Shown here: positions 20,230 through 30,219 of the stretch, one piece after another
How the letters are laid out: each line of letters opens with the position of its first letter
How positions within the stretch are numbered: position 1 is the first letter of the stretch
Assembly: GCA_963662465.1 (NCBI GenBank)
Contig: OY759599.1
Location: 7,008,001 to 7,072,000, forward strand
DNA: 64,000 nt
DNA from: Desulfatiglandales bacterium
GTDB taxonomy: Bacteria; Desulfobacterota; DSM-4660; Desulfatiglandales; Desulfatiglandaceae
Direction of reading: 5' to 3'
Made by a program: the position numbers and the translations under genes
The notes under the pieces: model-generated
What the model was told of the DNA's origin: nothing
The model's database searches: none
Seen by the model: the letters and a program-made list of their open reading frames with translations, nothing else

Positions 20230-20613
20230 TAAAATATTATCGTCATAGTCCTTACAGGTTGTCACAATTGAAATACAGATTTTACGACAATTTATATGAT
20301 TGTTGGAGATATGGAACGATGGTGTTTTACGCACGATCCATTCCATTTTCTGCCCTATTGTGTTGTTCCAATATTCGACGTGTGTTGTTTTTCAGGCTTT
20401 ACTAACCCATGGATGCATGTTGCTCAAAAAGACTCCTGGTAGGCTTTCCGGAAATAACTTTTCCCCCTGCCAAGAGAGGTACCCTCTACCAGATTTCGAA
20501 ATTAATCGAAGTGCAAATTTAAAACGCGAACGATAAGTAGGATGTCCCCTATTACGGGGTTTTCCATGGTCCGACCCCAATCCACCATTGTCTGAACCGG
20601 CAAGGAGTTTGAA

Positions 20614-20880
20614 ATGCAAACCATTACATATGATAAAGCGTCGCAAAATTTGAAGAGCGTTATCCTTAGAGCCGTGAGGGATAAAGAGGAAACGGTTATT
20701 GCAAGTGATGAAGGGTCCGTTATTATCTTAGACGAAATTGAATGGTCACATATCAAGGAAACGCTTCGTCTTTTAGGCGACAAAAAATCATTGGCCGCTT
20801 TGGTAGAGTCTCATGCCATTCGTGACAGAGGTGGAAGACCTGAAGGGGTCGACCCGGAAGACGCCTTCAAAGATGTATAA
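20614..20880 (+). CDS. Phd/YefM antitoxin
   Basis: ASQNLKSVI...EWSHIKETL; overlaps YoeB. Confidence 0.85.
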   Translation: MQTITYDKASQNLKSVILRAVRDKEETVIASDEGSVIILDEIEWSHIKETLRLLGDKKSLAALVESHAIRDRGGRPEGVDPEDAFKDV

Positions 20881-21139
20881 GATAATCATTTCCAAAAATG
20901 CTCAGAAAGATTTATCCTGGTTTAGAAAGAACGATAGAAGCAGTTATATAAAATGCTTCGATTTGGTGAGAGAGGTCATGCAAAATCCAAGGGGTGGCAC
21001 AGGAAAACCTGAACGTCTGAAGTACTTCGAAAAAGAAGTCTATAGTCGCCGTATCAATCATAAAGACCGTATGATTTATACCATTTATGAAGGTTTAAAT
21101 GAAATAGACATCACTTCTTTCCGCGGTCATTATGAATAG
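20873..21139 (+). CDS. Txe/YoeB toxin
   Basis: GTGKPERLK...YSRRINHKDRMIY...GHY. Confidence 0.9.
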   Translation: MYKIIISKNAQKDLSWFRKNDRSSYIKCFDLVREVMQNPRGGTGKPERLKYFEKEVYSRRINHKDRMIYTIYEGLNEIDITSFRGHYE

Positions 21140-21572
21140 CCCCAGCGCAACTCTGCTTTTTTGTGAACTTCGTGCCTTTGTGGTTTGTTTTCAGCGGTAA
21201 CGCAGTTAAGTAGCAACGTCCCCCATTTCTCTATCTTATTTATCACTCAATAACATCATTTTCAATCAATTTTGCAAGCCTCATGTGTTATATACATAAC
21301 ACATGAATTTGACCTTGTCCGGGACAATCTTTTCCTCCTATTATTTGTGAAGTTGCCCCTCTGGCCGCTTCACACATTAAACCCTGAAAACTTGGTTTTT
21401 TAGTGCGAAATGTAAGGTTTAAGGGCAAAAATGAGGCTTCTTTTGGGAAGTTCAGTAAGTAATTCGACGAGTTGCTGAGGTTCGACCCCAATACCTTCCA
21501 AAAGTCCCCCATAACATTGTCCCTTTACAATTAAATTACCTCAGTATTCACATTAAAAGCGGGGTACGCGAA

Positions 21573-21806
21573 ATGATGAGAGCGAATTTTACAATAAGGC
21601 TGAACGAACTTGACGCTGACCTCATTAAGAAGCTTAAGGGCTTTTTTCGGGATGATAATATCGTTGAGATTAATGTCTTCGATGAAGTGGATGAAACTCA
21701 GTATCTGTTTTCTACAGCGGCTAACCGGGAGTCATTGTACCGGTCCCTTGAGGAATTCAAGAAGGGGGAGTTTGTCCATAAGCAACCCCACGAGCTTTCG
21801 GCGTGA
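21573..21806 (+). CDS. YefM-like antitoxin
   Basis: DETQYLFSTAANRESL motif; upstream of a YoeB fragment. Confidence 0.7.
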   Translation: MMRANFTIRLNELDADLIKKLKGFFRDDNIVEINVFDEVDETQYLFSTAANRESLYRSLEEFKKGEFVHKQPHELSA

Positions 21807-21970
21807 TTCACTTCACCAAAGAGGCATGGGAACATTACCTGTATTGGCAGGCGACTGATAAATCCACCCTTAAAAAGATCAATATTCTGATCCGCGACAC
21901 AGTCAGGAGTCCCTTCAGGGGGCTGGGCAAACCTGAACCTTTGAAGCGAAATCTGGCCGCGGTTCAATAA
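21803..21970 (+). pseudogene. Txe/YoeB toxin, 3'-truncated
   Basis: Hand translation: FTKEAWEHYLYWQ...GLGKPEPLK, then a stop before a motif A module. Confidence 0.8.
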
Positions 21971-22139
21971 AAAAAACTAACAAAACTACCAACATCCCCC
22001 ATTAACTCACAAAAAAACACGACCTGTTCTGAGTCCTTAATCTTTTAACCTAATCCGTGAAAATCCGTGTAAATCCGTGGCAAAAAACACAAATAAACCA
22101 GTGCAATAACGCAGTTAGATAGCAACGTCCCTCATTATG

Positions 22140-22250
22140 CATGCCTGAACCTCCGGGAGAGATAAGGCTGGTGCATGGGGAAGATCGTGCCCGGCATGCC
22201 CTTTCGGAAGCGCTCTATCCCCTAAAAACAACAATAAACCAACCATGACC
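22140..22250 (+). pseudogene. 3' fragment of the MBL-fold hydrolase gene
   Basis: Near-identical to 35963-36073; follows motif A at 22123. Confidence 0.85.
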
Positions 22251-22387
22251 CCTATGAAAAAAATCCTAAAAATCCTGTCTAAAAATAAAGCAACAAAAGT
22301 GCCAACGTCCCCCATTACCCTCAATTGAGGAGATATGTGGGAGATATCGAGAATAGTGGAATAGTGGCAACGTCCCCCATTACACAG

Positions 22388-22526
22388 GTTTAAGGTGTAA
22401 GGTGTAAGGTGTAAGGTGTAGGGTGTAGAGGGGGTAGGAAAAAAGGTATAAGGCATAGGGTTTAAGGTATAAGGTATAAGGCGAACCCCGCACCTTGTTC
22501 CCTACACCTTAAACCTTAAACCTTAA
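22388..22526. repeat. 7-mer tandem repeats (AAGGTGT/AAGGTAT) with inverted partner (ACCTTAA)
   Basis: Read directly. Confidence 0.85.
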
Positions 22527-22527
22527 G

Positions 22528-22692
22528 CTTACAGGCTATTCAGCCCATGCAGATCAAAGCATGCTGGTCAATTGGGTAAAAGCCATGCCTGAACCTCCGG
22601 GTGAAATCCGGCTTGTGCATGGGGAGAGCAGCGCCCGCCATGCCCTTGCCCGGGCATTGGGACTGTAACCCTGCCACCAGACAACGACAATA
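22528..22692 (+). pseudogene. 3' fragment of a paralogous MBL-fold hydrolase
   Basis: LTGYSAHADQSMLVNWVKAMPEPPGEIRLVHGE. Confidence 0.8.
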
Positions 22693-22708
22693 AGCGAAGC
22701 CCCGTGCC

Positions 22709-23242
22709 TTGTTAATTGAGAATTTAAAGGACATGCTCGTTGAGCTGCGTGGCCAAAGTGTTTTGCTCGATAGCGATGTTGCCGAAATATACGGTATTGA
22801 GACAAAACGAGTCAATGAGGCAGCAAAAAATAATCCTGATAAATTTCCGCGTGATTACATGTTTGAGGTCAGCGAAGGGGAGTTTTCGGATTTGCGGTCG
22901 AAATTTTCGACCACAAAATTTGCAAAGACAAGAGCCTTACCGAAAGCCTTCACTGAAAAAGGTTTGTACATGATTGCTACGATATTGAAAAGTAAACAGG
23001 CTACAGAAGCGACGTTTGCAATCATTGAAACTTTTTCAAAAATCAGACAGCTATCAAGAAACATTCAGGAGCTATCGATTGTTCAAGATAAAGCGGATCA
23101 GAAAGCACTCATGCAGAAAAGTGGCGAGATTATCACTGAACTCCTGGATGACGACCTGCAAACAACCGACACAGAAACATCGATAGAACTGAACTTCGCC
23201 GTTTTGAAGTTCAAGCACGCGATAAAGAAGAAGAAAAAATGA
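22709..23242 (+). CDS. ORF6N-domain protein (paralog of 13257; start uncertain)
   Basis: VLLDSDVAEIYG...PKAFTEKGLYM; shared C-terminal SIELNFAVLKFKH. Confidence 0.8.
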   Translation: MLIENLKDMLVELRGQSVLLDSDVAEIYGIETKRVNEAAKNNPDKFPRDYMFEVSEGEFSDLRSKFSTTKFAKTRALPKAFTEKGLYMIATILKSKQATEATFAIIETFSKIRQLSRNIQELSIVQDKADQKALMQKSGEIITELLDDDLQTTDTETSIELNFAVLKFKHAIKKKKK

Positions 23243-23551
23243 GAAATATCGAATATGGGATTGCCTGTGCACGCTCTGCACGAACATCCCCAAGTCTATA
23301 TTTTCTTAAAAGCCCCTTTTTGCCCCAAAAAGGGAGTTTTAAGGCCTAAAATGGGGCCTTTTTTTCCATCTATTGTAGTTATTACAATGGGTTGCTGAGG
23401 TCCGACCCCAAGAGCTAGCGAAAAAAGTAATTAATCCAGTCATATAAATGATTTTCCTTTATGGAAGTCAAGGGGCTGAGCTGTATCAGCGCATCGGTAT
23501 TTTCAAAGGAAGAAGGGGAGTTAGGGGAATAACCTTACAAACCTTCCAACG

Positions 23552-23700
23552 TTAAGTATTTATGGGATATTGGACGATCGGGCCGTCCAGCACTACTTTG
23601 AACTGGGCTGTGAGGTCGAAGGCCTGGGCCGCGGGCATGTTAAGCGAATCAAGGATCAGGTGCGAAACGCTTCTCAAAACCGGCAAGAAGAAACGGGGGT
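23552..23700 (+). pseudogene. C-terminal fragment of a nucleotide-sugar dehydrogenase (also about 53570-53716)
   Basis: YFELGCEVEGLGRGHVKRIKD is homologous to 61890-61986. Confidence 0.75.
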
Positions 23701-23708
23701 AAGTCAAA

Positions 23709-23945
23709 ATGGAAACCATAATTGAGCTAAATGACAAAAAGATGCAGTTGAAGGAGTGTATTGCCCAAATAGAGAAAACGGGCAAAACTCTAATTATTTC
23801 CCGCGGCAAAAAGCCGGTGGCCAAGTTGATACCACACAAAAGCAAGGACCCGCTCAGTATGGACCCGACGTTGAGGGGTGCTTTTTTTGTCGATGACCCG
23901 ATGGCTCCCCTGTCGGAAGCTGATTGGCCCGAGGCGCTTCGATGA
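23709..23945 (+). CDS. Phd-like antitoxin
   Basis: IISRGKKPVAKLIP. Confidence 0.8.
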   Translation: METIIELNDKKMQLKECIAQIEKTGKTLIISRGKKPVAKLIPHKSKDPLSMDPTLRGAFFVDDPMAPLSEADWPEALR

Positions 23946-24327
23946 TTCTACTCGATACGCACGCCATTGTTTGGCTTGCTTCAGACAGGATCGGTTTACG
24001 GAGAAGGGGCGAGCATTGATCAGGGATAATGCGGGCCAGTTGTATGTCTCTGTTGTGTCTGCGTGGGAGATATCCATGTTGCACAAACGAAATCGCCTGC
24101 AACTGCCCATGGAGCCGGAACAGTATGTTGATCGCCTCATCAAACAGCATGATTTGAACGAAGTGCCTTTGGAGCGAAAAGTTGTTCAGCTTTCTGTTCG
24201 TTTGCCTGATATCCACAATGATCCCTTCGATCGGGTGCTCATTGCTCTGTGCCGGGAAGAGGGATGGCTTCTTCTGTCAAAGGACAAAATTATTCGGAAG
24301 TACCCGAGCGTACAGATTGCATGGTGA
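23942..24327 (+). pseudogene. VapC PIN toxin, frameshifted (intact copy at 53958)
   Basis: TCAGACAGG versus TCAGACCAGG; LLDTHA, HNDPFDR. Confidence 0.85.
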
Positions 24328-24630
24328 ACAATTAATCCCGAGGTAACAAATCTTGAACAAGGACCGGATAAACGGACACCTTCACCTTTAAGCTTTTATA
24401 AAAACAGCGTAATCTGTGAAATCCGCCTGCCCCGTTCAATTTTTACCCCGTTAAACCTTCTTTTTCCTTTGTTTAACTGGGGCACGCCAGTGACGAGTGG
24501 AACGTATTTAACCGGGGTGCCAAAAAAACTAAAGGTTCACCAGTAAAGTAACAAAAGCACCAACGTTATATAATAAAAAAACCAACAGGTTACACTCCCC
24601 ATTACACATCTGTGTCCTATTTTAAAAAAA

Positions 24631-25780
24631 ATGCAACTGACTCGAATCAAGATTGACAACTTCAAGTCCCTGGTAGACTTTGACTTGAACTTGCCTAAAT
24701 TTACCTGTCTCATTGGCCTCAATGGCGCGGGTAAATCCACAGTTCTGCAATGCTTTGATTTTTTAGCCCAGCAGTGCCAAGGGGATATTGAGGGGTGGCT
24801 TGATCGCAGGCATTGGTCCACGGCAGAGTTGAGTTCTCGGCTGACATACAAAAGCAACATTGATTTTACGGTCGAACTTGAAAAAGATGGTGGAGCGTTA
24901 TTGGAGTGGGATTGCAGTTTCAATCGAAAAGAACTGCGTTGTACGCGGGAAAGCATCACCGTCAATGGCCATCAGATTCTAAAGGTCGAGGATGGATATT
25001 TTTCCGTATCCGGGGGGACGTCTGCATCCAGTCAAAAACAGATCGATTTTTTCTACCAGGGTTCCATTCTGTCGCAGTTGAGGGAAACACATCTGCCTGA
25101 TGACCTTCTGGAATTCAAACATTTTTTTCACCATCTTCATGCCCTGGACATGCTTTCCCCGGAACTACTCCGTCAACGGACCAGGGAGTCTCAGGGCGGC
25201 CTGGGGATCGGCGGAGAAAGTCTTTCTGCCTTTCTGCATGAGGTCGGGGCGAAGCGACGCTCTGAAATCATCGACAAGCTGAAACAGGCCTATCCGCAAC
25301 TGCTGAGACTCGACGTGACCTCACTCCGTTCGGGTTGGAAGCAACTGGATATTACTGGAAATATGTTAAAAAGGTTATTTCCACTGAAGCCCGTCACGTC
25401 AGTGATGGCTTATTGCGCATGCTGGCGATATTTACCCAGTTGGGCAACGAACAAAGCTTCATCCTCCTTGATGAGATAGAAAATGGGATCAACCCGGAAT
25501 TGATCGAAATGCTCTTGGACAGTCTGGTAAAAAGTCCTCACCAGGTGTTGGTTACGACTCACAGTCCCTTGATTCTGAACTACCTGGAGGATGATATTGC
25601 GCAGGAGGGCGTCGTATACCTCTACAAAACCCCAGAGGGCCATACCCTGGCCATACGGTTCTTCAGCATTACCTCAATGGCCGAAAAGCTGTCTGTTATG
25701 GGACCCGGCGAGGCCTATGAAGACACCCTGCTGGTTGAATTGCAGGATGAGATCAACAACATCGTCATGGGAGAGGCTTG
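24631..25780 (+). pseudogene. AAA_21/ABC-type ATPase, frameshifted near 25360
   Basis: GLNGAGKST in one frame; SDGLLR, LLDEIENG, TTHSP in another. Confidence 0.85.
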
Positions 25781-25813
25781 GGGTGCTGGTTTTGACAAGA
25801 AAAGGTTGACGTT

Positions 25814-26167
25814 ATGGCGGTCCTGTTCAAGGATTCGGACGATTCATCCAGCAGTGGCCGCGGCCTTTGGCAGGATAAACGAGAATCGATGCTCAAGGGA
25901 TTCACGAGAGAGAACTTTCATTACGGCGTGCCCATGGCGCCCAGGCCGATTTCCGAGGCATGGCTTCTCTGCGCATTACGGGAACGCTACCAGCACTGCG
26001 ACAGGCTGGAAGAGGAGTCTGGCCGGAGGCATTCGACTAACCCATTGAAGAAACAACTTGAAGAACACCTGTGCAAGCTGATGACACGGGAGCTTACTGG
26101 TGACAAAGATTCAACAGGGAGAATTGGACGTGTACCGCATCACCATGCCGAGTATGACGGCCTTTAA
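25814..26167 (+). pseudogene. Fragment of a putative ATPase partner protein
   Basis: VLFKDSD...GVPM..ISEAWLL resembles TOPRIM-like partners of such ATPases. Confidence 0.45.
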
Positions 26168-26475
26168 AGAACGATGCGATCAGGTTCTGGATTTGTTGAG
26201 TTTCCCTTCAGCCCCTAGGCAATAATATATTCGGTTACTCTGAATAGGACACGGATTTACACAGATGCACACAGATAAAAGCAAAAAATATCTACGTTTA
26301 TCTGTGTCCCATTTAAAAAGGAGGATAATTGGCTCGTACATTAACCCTTCATTCTCTTCATGTCCTTCATGGTAAAATACGCTGTAACCTCCCCATCTAT
26401 GACCCCGGCCCACAAGTCCTTTTGGAATCTACGTTTACGTTTCTTGGCGAAGGACGCAATTTACTGTTTTAGCAG

Positions 26476-26988
26476 CAATACCCGTGAATGAATAACGTTC
26501 ATCCTTATGGCTGATCTGTATTTCACCATGAAGGGCATGAAGACCATGAAGAAGTTCACTTTTGGAACTTAATAAGGGGAAGATAAAATCTGATTAAATG
26601 ATGTTAATTCAGACCTCGTTATTTCGCTCCGTTTTAAGACACGAAAAATGGACGTTTTGTGGCCCATCATGGCCTGTCATACGCTCATTATAAACATAAG
26701 TATTTGATGTTTCGAGAAGCTGAAAGCCAATGAACGTCCAATTTTAGTGTAAGGAACCATTTTTTTCAGGTTTTTTGACAGGATTTACATGATTTTATGG
26801 ATACTTACATCCATTTTCTTTTATCCTGTCAATCCTGTTAATCCTGTCAGAATATTGAGGTCTGTAATTTGAATATCTTTATGAGTTTTGAAAATCCGGT
26901 TCACTTTTTTCACACAGCCTCTTCATGCCCTTCATGTTCTTCATGGTAAACCAAGCAATGTATGAATCAAATTCATTCACGGGTATTG
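26476..26988. mobile_element. MITE with IS4-type ends
   Basis: TIR CAATACCCGTGAATGAAT, same as the IS at 46008; 10-bp TSD GTTTTAGCAG. Confidence 0.9.
26610..26864. mobile_element. Nested MITE with ends of the 2325-bp IS type
   Basis: CAGACCTC...GAGGTCTG; 5-bp TSD TAATT. Confidence 0.8.
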
Positions 26989-27062
26989 GTTTTAGCAGCG
27001 TCCAGCTTCCCACAAGTGGAATTTATTGTTGCAATTTTGTGTAATATCTGTAAACCTAAACC

Positions 27063-27336
27063 ATGGAATTTGAGTGGGATGATAAAAAAAGCCGGAGTAA
27101 CCGGGCCAAACATGGCATTGATTTTCATACTGCCAAGGCTTTGTGGGACGATGACAACCGGGTTGAAATTCAGAGCCCTTACCCACTTGAAAGCAGGAAT
27201 ATTTTAATTTGGTGCGCTTGATAACAAACTATGGACGGCAATTTTCATAAGGCGCGGGAGTGCGCTGCGAATTATATCCGTCAGACGCGCCGGAAAGCGG
27301 GAGGCAAATCTCTATGGTCAAAAAGAAAACGGCTAA
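27063..27336 (+). pseudogene. BrnT toxin, frameshifted near 27208
   Basis: MEFEWDDKKSRSNRAKHGIDF...RIISVR by hand translation. Confidence 0.8.
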
Positions 27337-27580
27337 GAGCACAGAGGAATTTGATCGGAGATTCGATGATGGTGAAGACATCCATGAGTTGATTGACATT
27401 TCCAAAGCCAAAATTGTGCGGCATGGTCGAAAAGTACGTATCACACTTGATGTAGCAGAAGAGCTGGTTAAAGAAATTGACGGCATCAGGGATACGATCG
27501 GCGTGGACCGTGGGGCCTTGATCAAGGTTTGGCTGTATGAAAGGGTTAAACAAGAAAAGGCTTCGATTGCCAAGCGTTGA
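27314..27580 (+). CDS. BrnA/CopG-type antitoxin
   Basis: EEFDRRFDDGEDI...GVDRGALIKVWL. Confidence 0.8.
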   Translation: MVKKKTAKSTEEFDRRFDDGEDIHELIDISKAKIVRHGRKVRITLDVAEELVKEIDGIRDTIGVDRGALIKVWLYERVKQEKASIAKR

Positions 27581-27599
27581 GTATGGATAACGACCCACC

Positions 27600-27716
27600 T
27601 GGGGTTTGGTTGATTGCTTTTCGTTTGTGGTTATGAAAGAAAAACGGATAAAACAAGCATTAACCTTTGATGATCACTTCCGACAAGCAGGCTTTCAAAC
27701 GCCGTTGCTTGGGTAA
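27600..27716 (+). pseudogene. C-terminal PIN/VapC fragment
   Basis: WGLVDCFSFVVM...ALTFDDHFRQAGF. Confidence 0.75.
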
Positions 27717-27862
27717 AGCACCGACTCCTCGCCCGGCTGCCCTTTTCAATACTGAAAGACGGGGTCGTGGGCTATTTTGAGGGAAGACCAGGAACGGATT
27801 GCTTCAATCATGGAAAAGACTGTAAGCCTGTGTTAACAAATTAGACTGGTTTCTACCTTTTT

Positions 27863-28051
27863 ATGCTGAATATTGCGCAACGAAAGACGCTGGTAACGAT
27901 CTTAATCGAAGTAGGCAAGTTTACTACTGTTGGTATGGTTATTGGCTATTTTGTTTCTCCTCGCCCAATTGCCGCAGGAGCGGCTATTGCCGGTGTACTT
28001 TTCGCACTTTGTTGTTTTGTAGTTGCTGTACTCATCAGCAAGGAGGTGTAG
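27863..28051 (+). CDS. Small membrane protein (copy 2)
   Basis: Near-identical to 4659-4847. Confidence 0.55.
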   Translation: MLNIAQRKTLVTILIEVGKFTTVGMVIGYFVSPRPIAAGAAIAGVLFALCCFVVAVLISKEV

Positions 28052-28337
28052 TATGGATATTATGACATGGATCTTTTTATTTGGCGCCGCCATAGTGCTT
28101 GGTGTTGGTTTCTGGATCATTTCTGGATCATCCGGCAAGACCGGCGTAGGAATAATGCGGATAATACCAAATAGTACATTGCTTAACATCCAAAGACTTC
28201 CAAGGCAAGAAACCTATCCGCGTGTATCTGCGAAAATCTGCATCCCAATAGAGAAAATGACAGAGCAATGGAACACGATGTTCAGCGGTATTTAACAAAG
28301 AAAGTTTGTCACGCTAGTCAACAACGTCCCCCTGCCT

Positions 28338-28580
28338 TATGAGATGGTTATTGGAGAGTTCTCAGCGGACATATTTGTGGAAAATGAAATCATCGTAGAA
28401 CTCAAAGCGGTTGAGCGGCTGATGAAAGTGCATGAAGTGCAAGTGGTGAACTACCTAACAGCATCGAAAAATGAAATTGGCCTCCTAATCAACTTCGGCC
28501 CAACAGGCGTGAAAGCAACCCGCAAATACCGAAAACCCCTCAACCAGGCACAAAGAATCAACCCAAAAAAAATCCTGTAA
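28338..28580 (+). pseudogene. GxxExxY protein, 5'-truncated at motif A
   Basis: Matches the 13919 gene from about 14085 onward. Confidence 0.85.
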
Positions 28581-28703
28581 AATCCTGTTAATCCTGTCTA
28601 AAAAAAATACAAAAAATTGTATCCAGTCAGAAAATGGATGCGCAAATTCTCACTGCAAAAAAAACCATTGACATCTTCACCGTCTTCGCCTAGTGTTCGC
28701 CCC

Positions 28704-29090
28704 ATGAACCATCTTTACGAACAAGAAATACGCTACAAAGTCCTGAAACTCCTGGCATCCAAGGCCAATCTCTCCCAGCGGGAAATGGCCAAACGAATGG
28801 GCATCAGCCTGGGTAAAACCAACTATGTCCTCACAGAACTGGCCAACAAAGGCATCATCAAAATAAAACGGTTCAAAAGCGCCCCCAGCAAAGTCCCTTA
28901 CACCTACACGCTGACACCCCAAGGCCTTGAAGAGAAGGCCAAAATAACCCTCAAATTCCTGAAACGGAAACTCTCTGAATACGAAGAGATCAAGCGACAG
29001 ATAAAAGAGATTGCAAAAGAAGCCGAAAAAGACAAAGTTCTCGATTACACAGGCGCCGACACAAACGAAGTATTGGCTCAAATCATTTGA
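28704..29090 (+). CDS. EPS-associated MarR regulator
   Basis: LSQREMAKRMGISLGKTNY...YTLTPQG. Confidence 0.85.
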   Translation: MNHLYEQEIRYKVLKLLASKANLSQREMAKRMGISLGKTNYVLTELANKGIIKIKRFKSAPSKVPYTYTLTPQGLEEKAKITLKFLKRKLSEYEEIKRQIKEIAKEAEKDKVLDYTGADTNEVLAQII

Positions 29091-29199
29091 CGAAAGAAAA
29101 CAGCAATTATTCCAGTCATATAAATGATTTTCCGTTATGGAAATCAAAGAGCGGAGCCGTCTCCGAAGGCTGAGTGAGTGTTCCGAGAAGAGGTGAGAT

Positions 29200-29454
29200 A
29201 TGCTCAATCAAATCAATATTGAATATCCCCAAAATTTACCCGATATTCTTCAAACAACAAAGAAAGATTTTGAGAAAGAAGCCAGGATGGCAATGGCGGT
29301 AAAGTTGTTTGAAATGAAAAGATTGTCATCCGGGATCGCAGCAACATTGGCAGGACTTGACAGAGTCAACTTTTTGCTCAACCTTCATCGGTTCAATGTC
29401 CCAATGATAGACCTTGATGAAGATGAACTTCTATCGGATATCCAAAGTGCCTGA
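29200..29454 (+). CDS. UPF0175-family antitoxin
   Basis: AVKLFEMKRLSSGIAATLAG. Confidence 0.8.
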   Translation: MLNQINIEYPQNLPDILQTTKKDFEKEARMAMAVKLFEMKRLSSGIAATLAGLDRVNFLLNLHRFNVPMIDLDEDELLSDIQSA

Positions 29455-29944
29455 AACAAGAGAGCTTGTCATTAATACAGGACCTTTACTGGCCCTCATA
29501 GCCGGCATTGGCGACTTGTCATTGCTGGAGCCGCTCTACAAACATGTACTTGTTCCTTTTGAAGTCTGTCAAGAAATTGAAGCGGGAGGAACTTCCGGTT
29601 TTGGGGTAAGTGAATTTCGAAGAACCATGTTTATTGAAAAAAGAACGCATTTTTTGAATATTACTCCATTTCTTGGCAATGTACTCGATTTAGGCGAGGC
29701 TTCCGTTATTCAACTCGCTTTGGATGAAAATATTTGTACAGTTTGTATTGACGAGGCCATGGGCCGGAGAATTGCACGATTAAATGGGCTCCAAGTAACA
29801 GGTTCGATTGGGGTGTTAATCCGTGCAAAAAGAGCCGGATTTGATTTTTCGATGCGAGAAGCCACAAATCGAATGCGATCTAAAGGGATATATTTGAGTA
29901 AAAAAGTCATCGATTTTGCAATTAAGCAGAGCGGTGAAATCTGA
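29447..29944 (+). CDS. DUF3368 PIN-like protein
   Basis: VINTGPL...LDLGEASVI...IDEAMGRR...TGSIGVL. Confidence 0.85.
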   Translation: MPETRELVINTGPLLALIAGIGDLSLLEPLYKHVLVPFEVCQEIEAGGTSGFGVSEFRRTMFIEKRTHFLNITPFLGNVLDLGEASVIQLALDENICTVCIDEAMGRRIARLNGLQVTGSIGVLIRAKRAGFDFSMREATNRMRSKGIYLSKKVIDFAIKQSGEI

Positions 29945-30219
29945 AAATGGTTATGAAGGTTACCAGGCCGAGAATATCTTCTTTATTGAAACAAAGTCAC
30001 AGGGCACCAACGTTCTGTTATCCCCTATCGTACCTTATTATAAAAGGGAAAGTGATGACATGTGAATGGAAACCTGGCAACTTAGCTGTTTCCCGAGCCT
30101 AAGCGGATACAGTGTTTATTCCGGATTCCGGCCGGGACAAACAATCCTTAAAATCCTGTGAATCCTGCCTGCCCCGTGAAACCCGTTTTGTTGTTTCACT
30201 GGGGTCTAAGAAAAACAAG

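Larger units (their letters stand above)
15996..20537 (+). mobile_element. IS1634-family element containing a nested IS
   Basis: 20-bp perfect TIR CTTATCGTTCGCGTTTTAAA; 6-bp TSD TAGGAT (15990-15995, 20538-20543). Confidence 0.85.
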
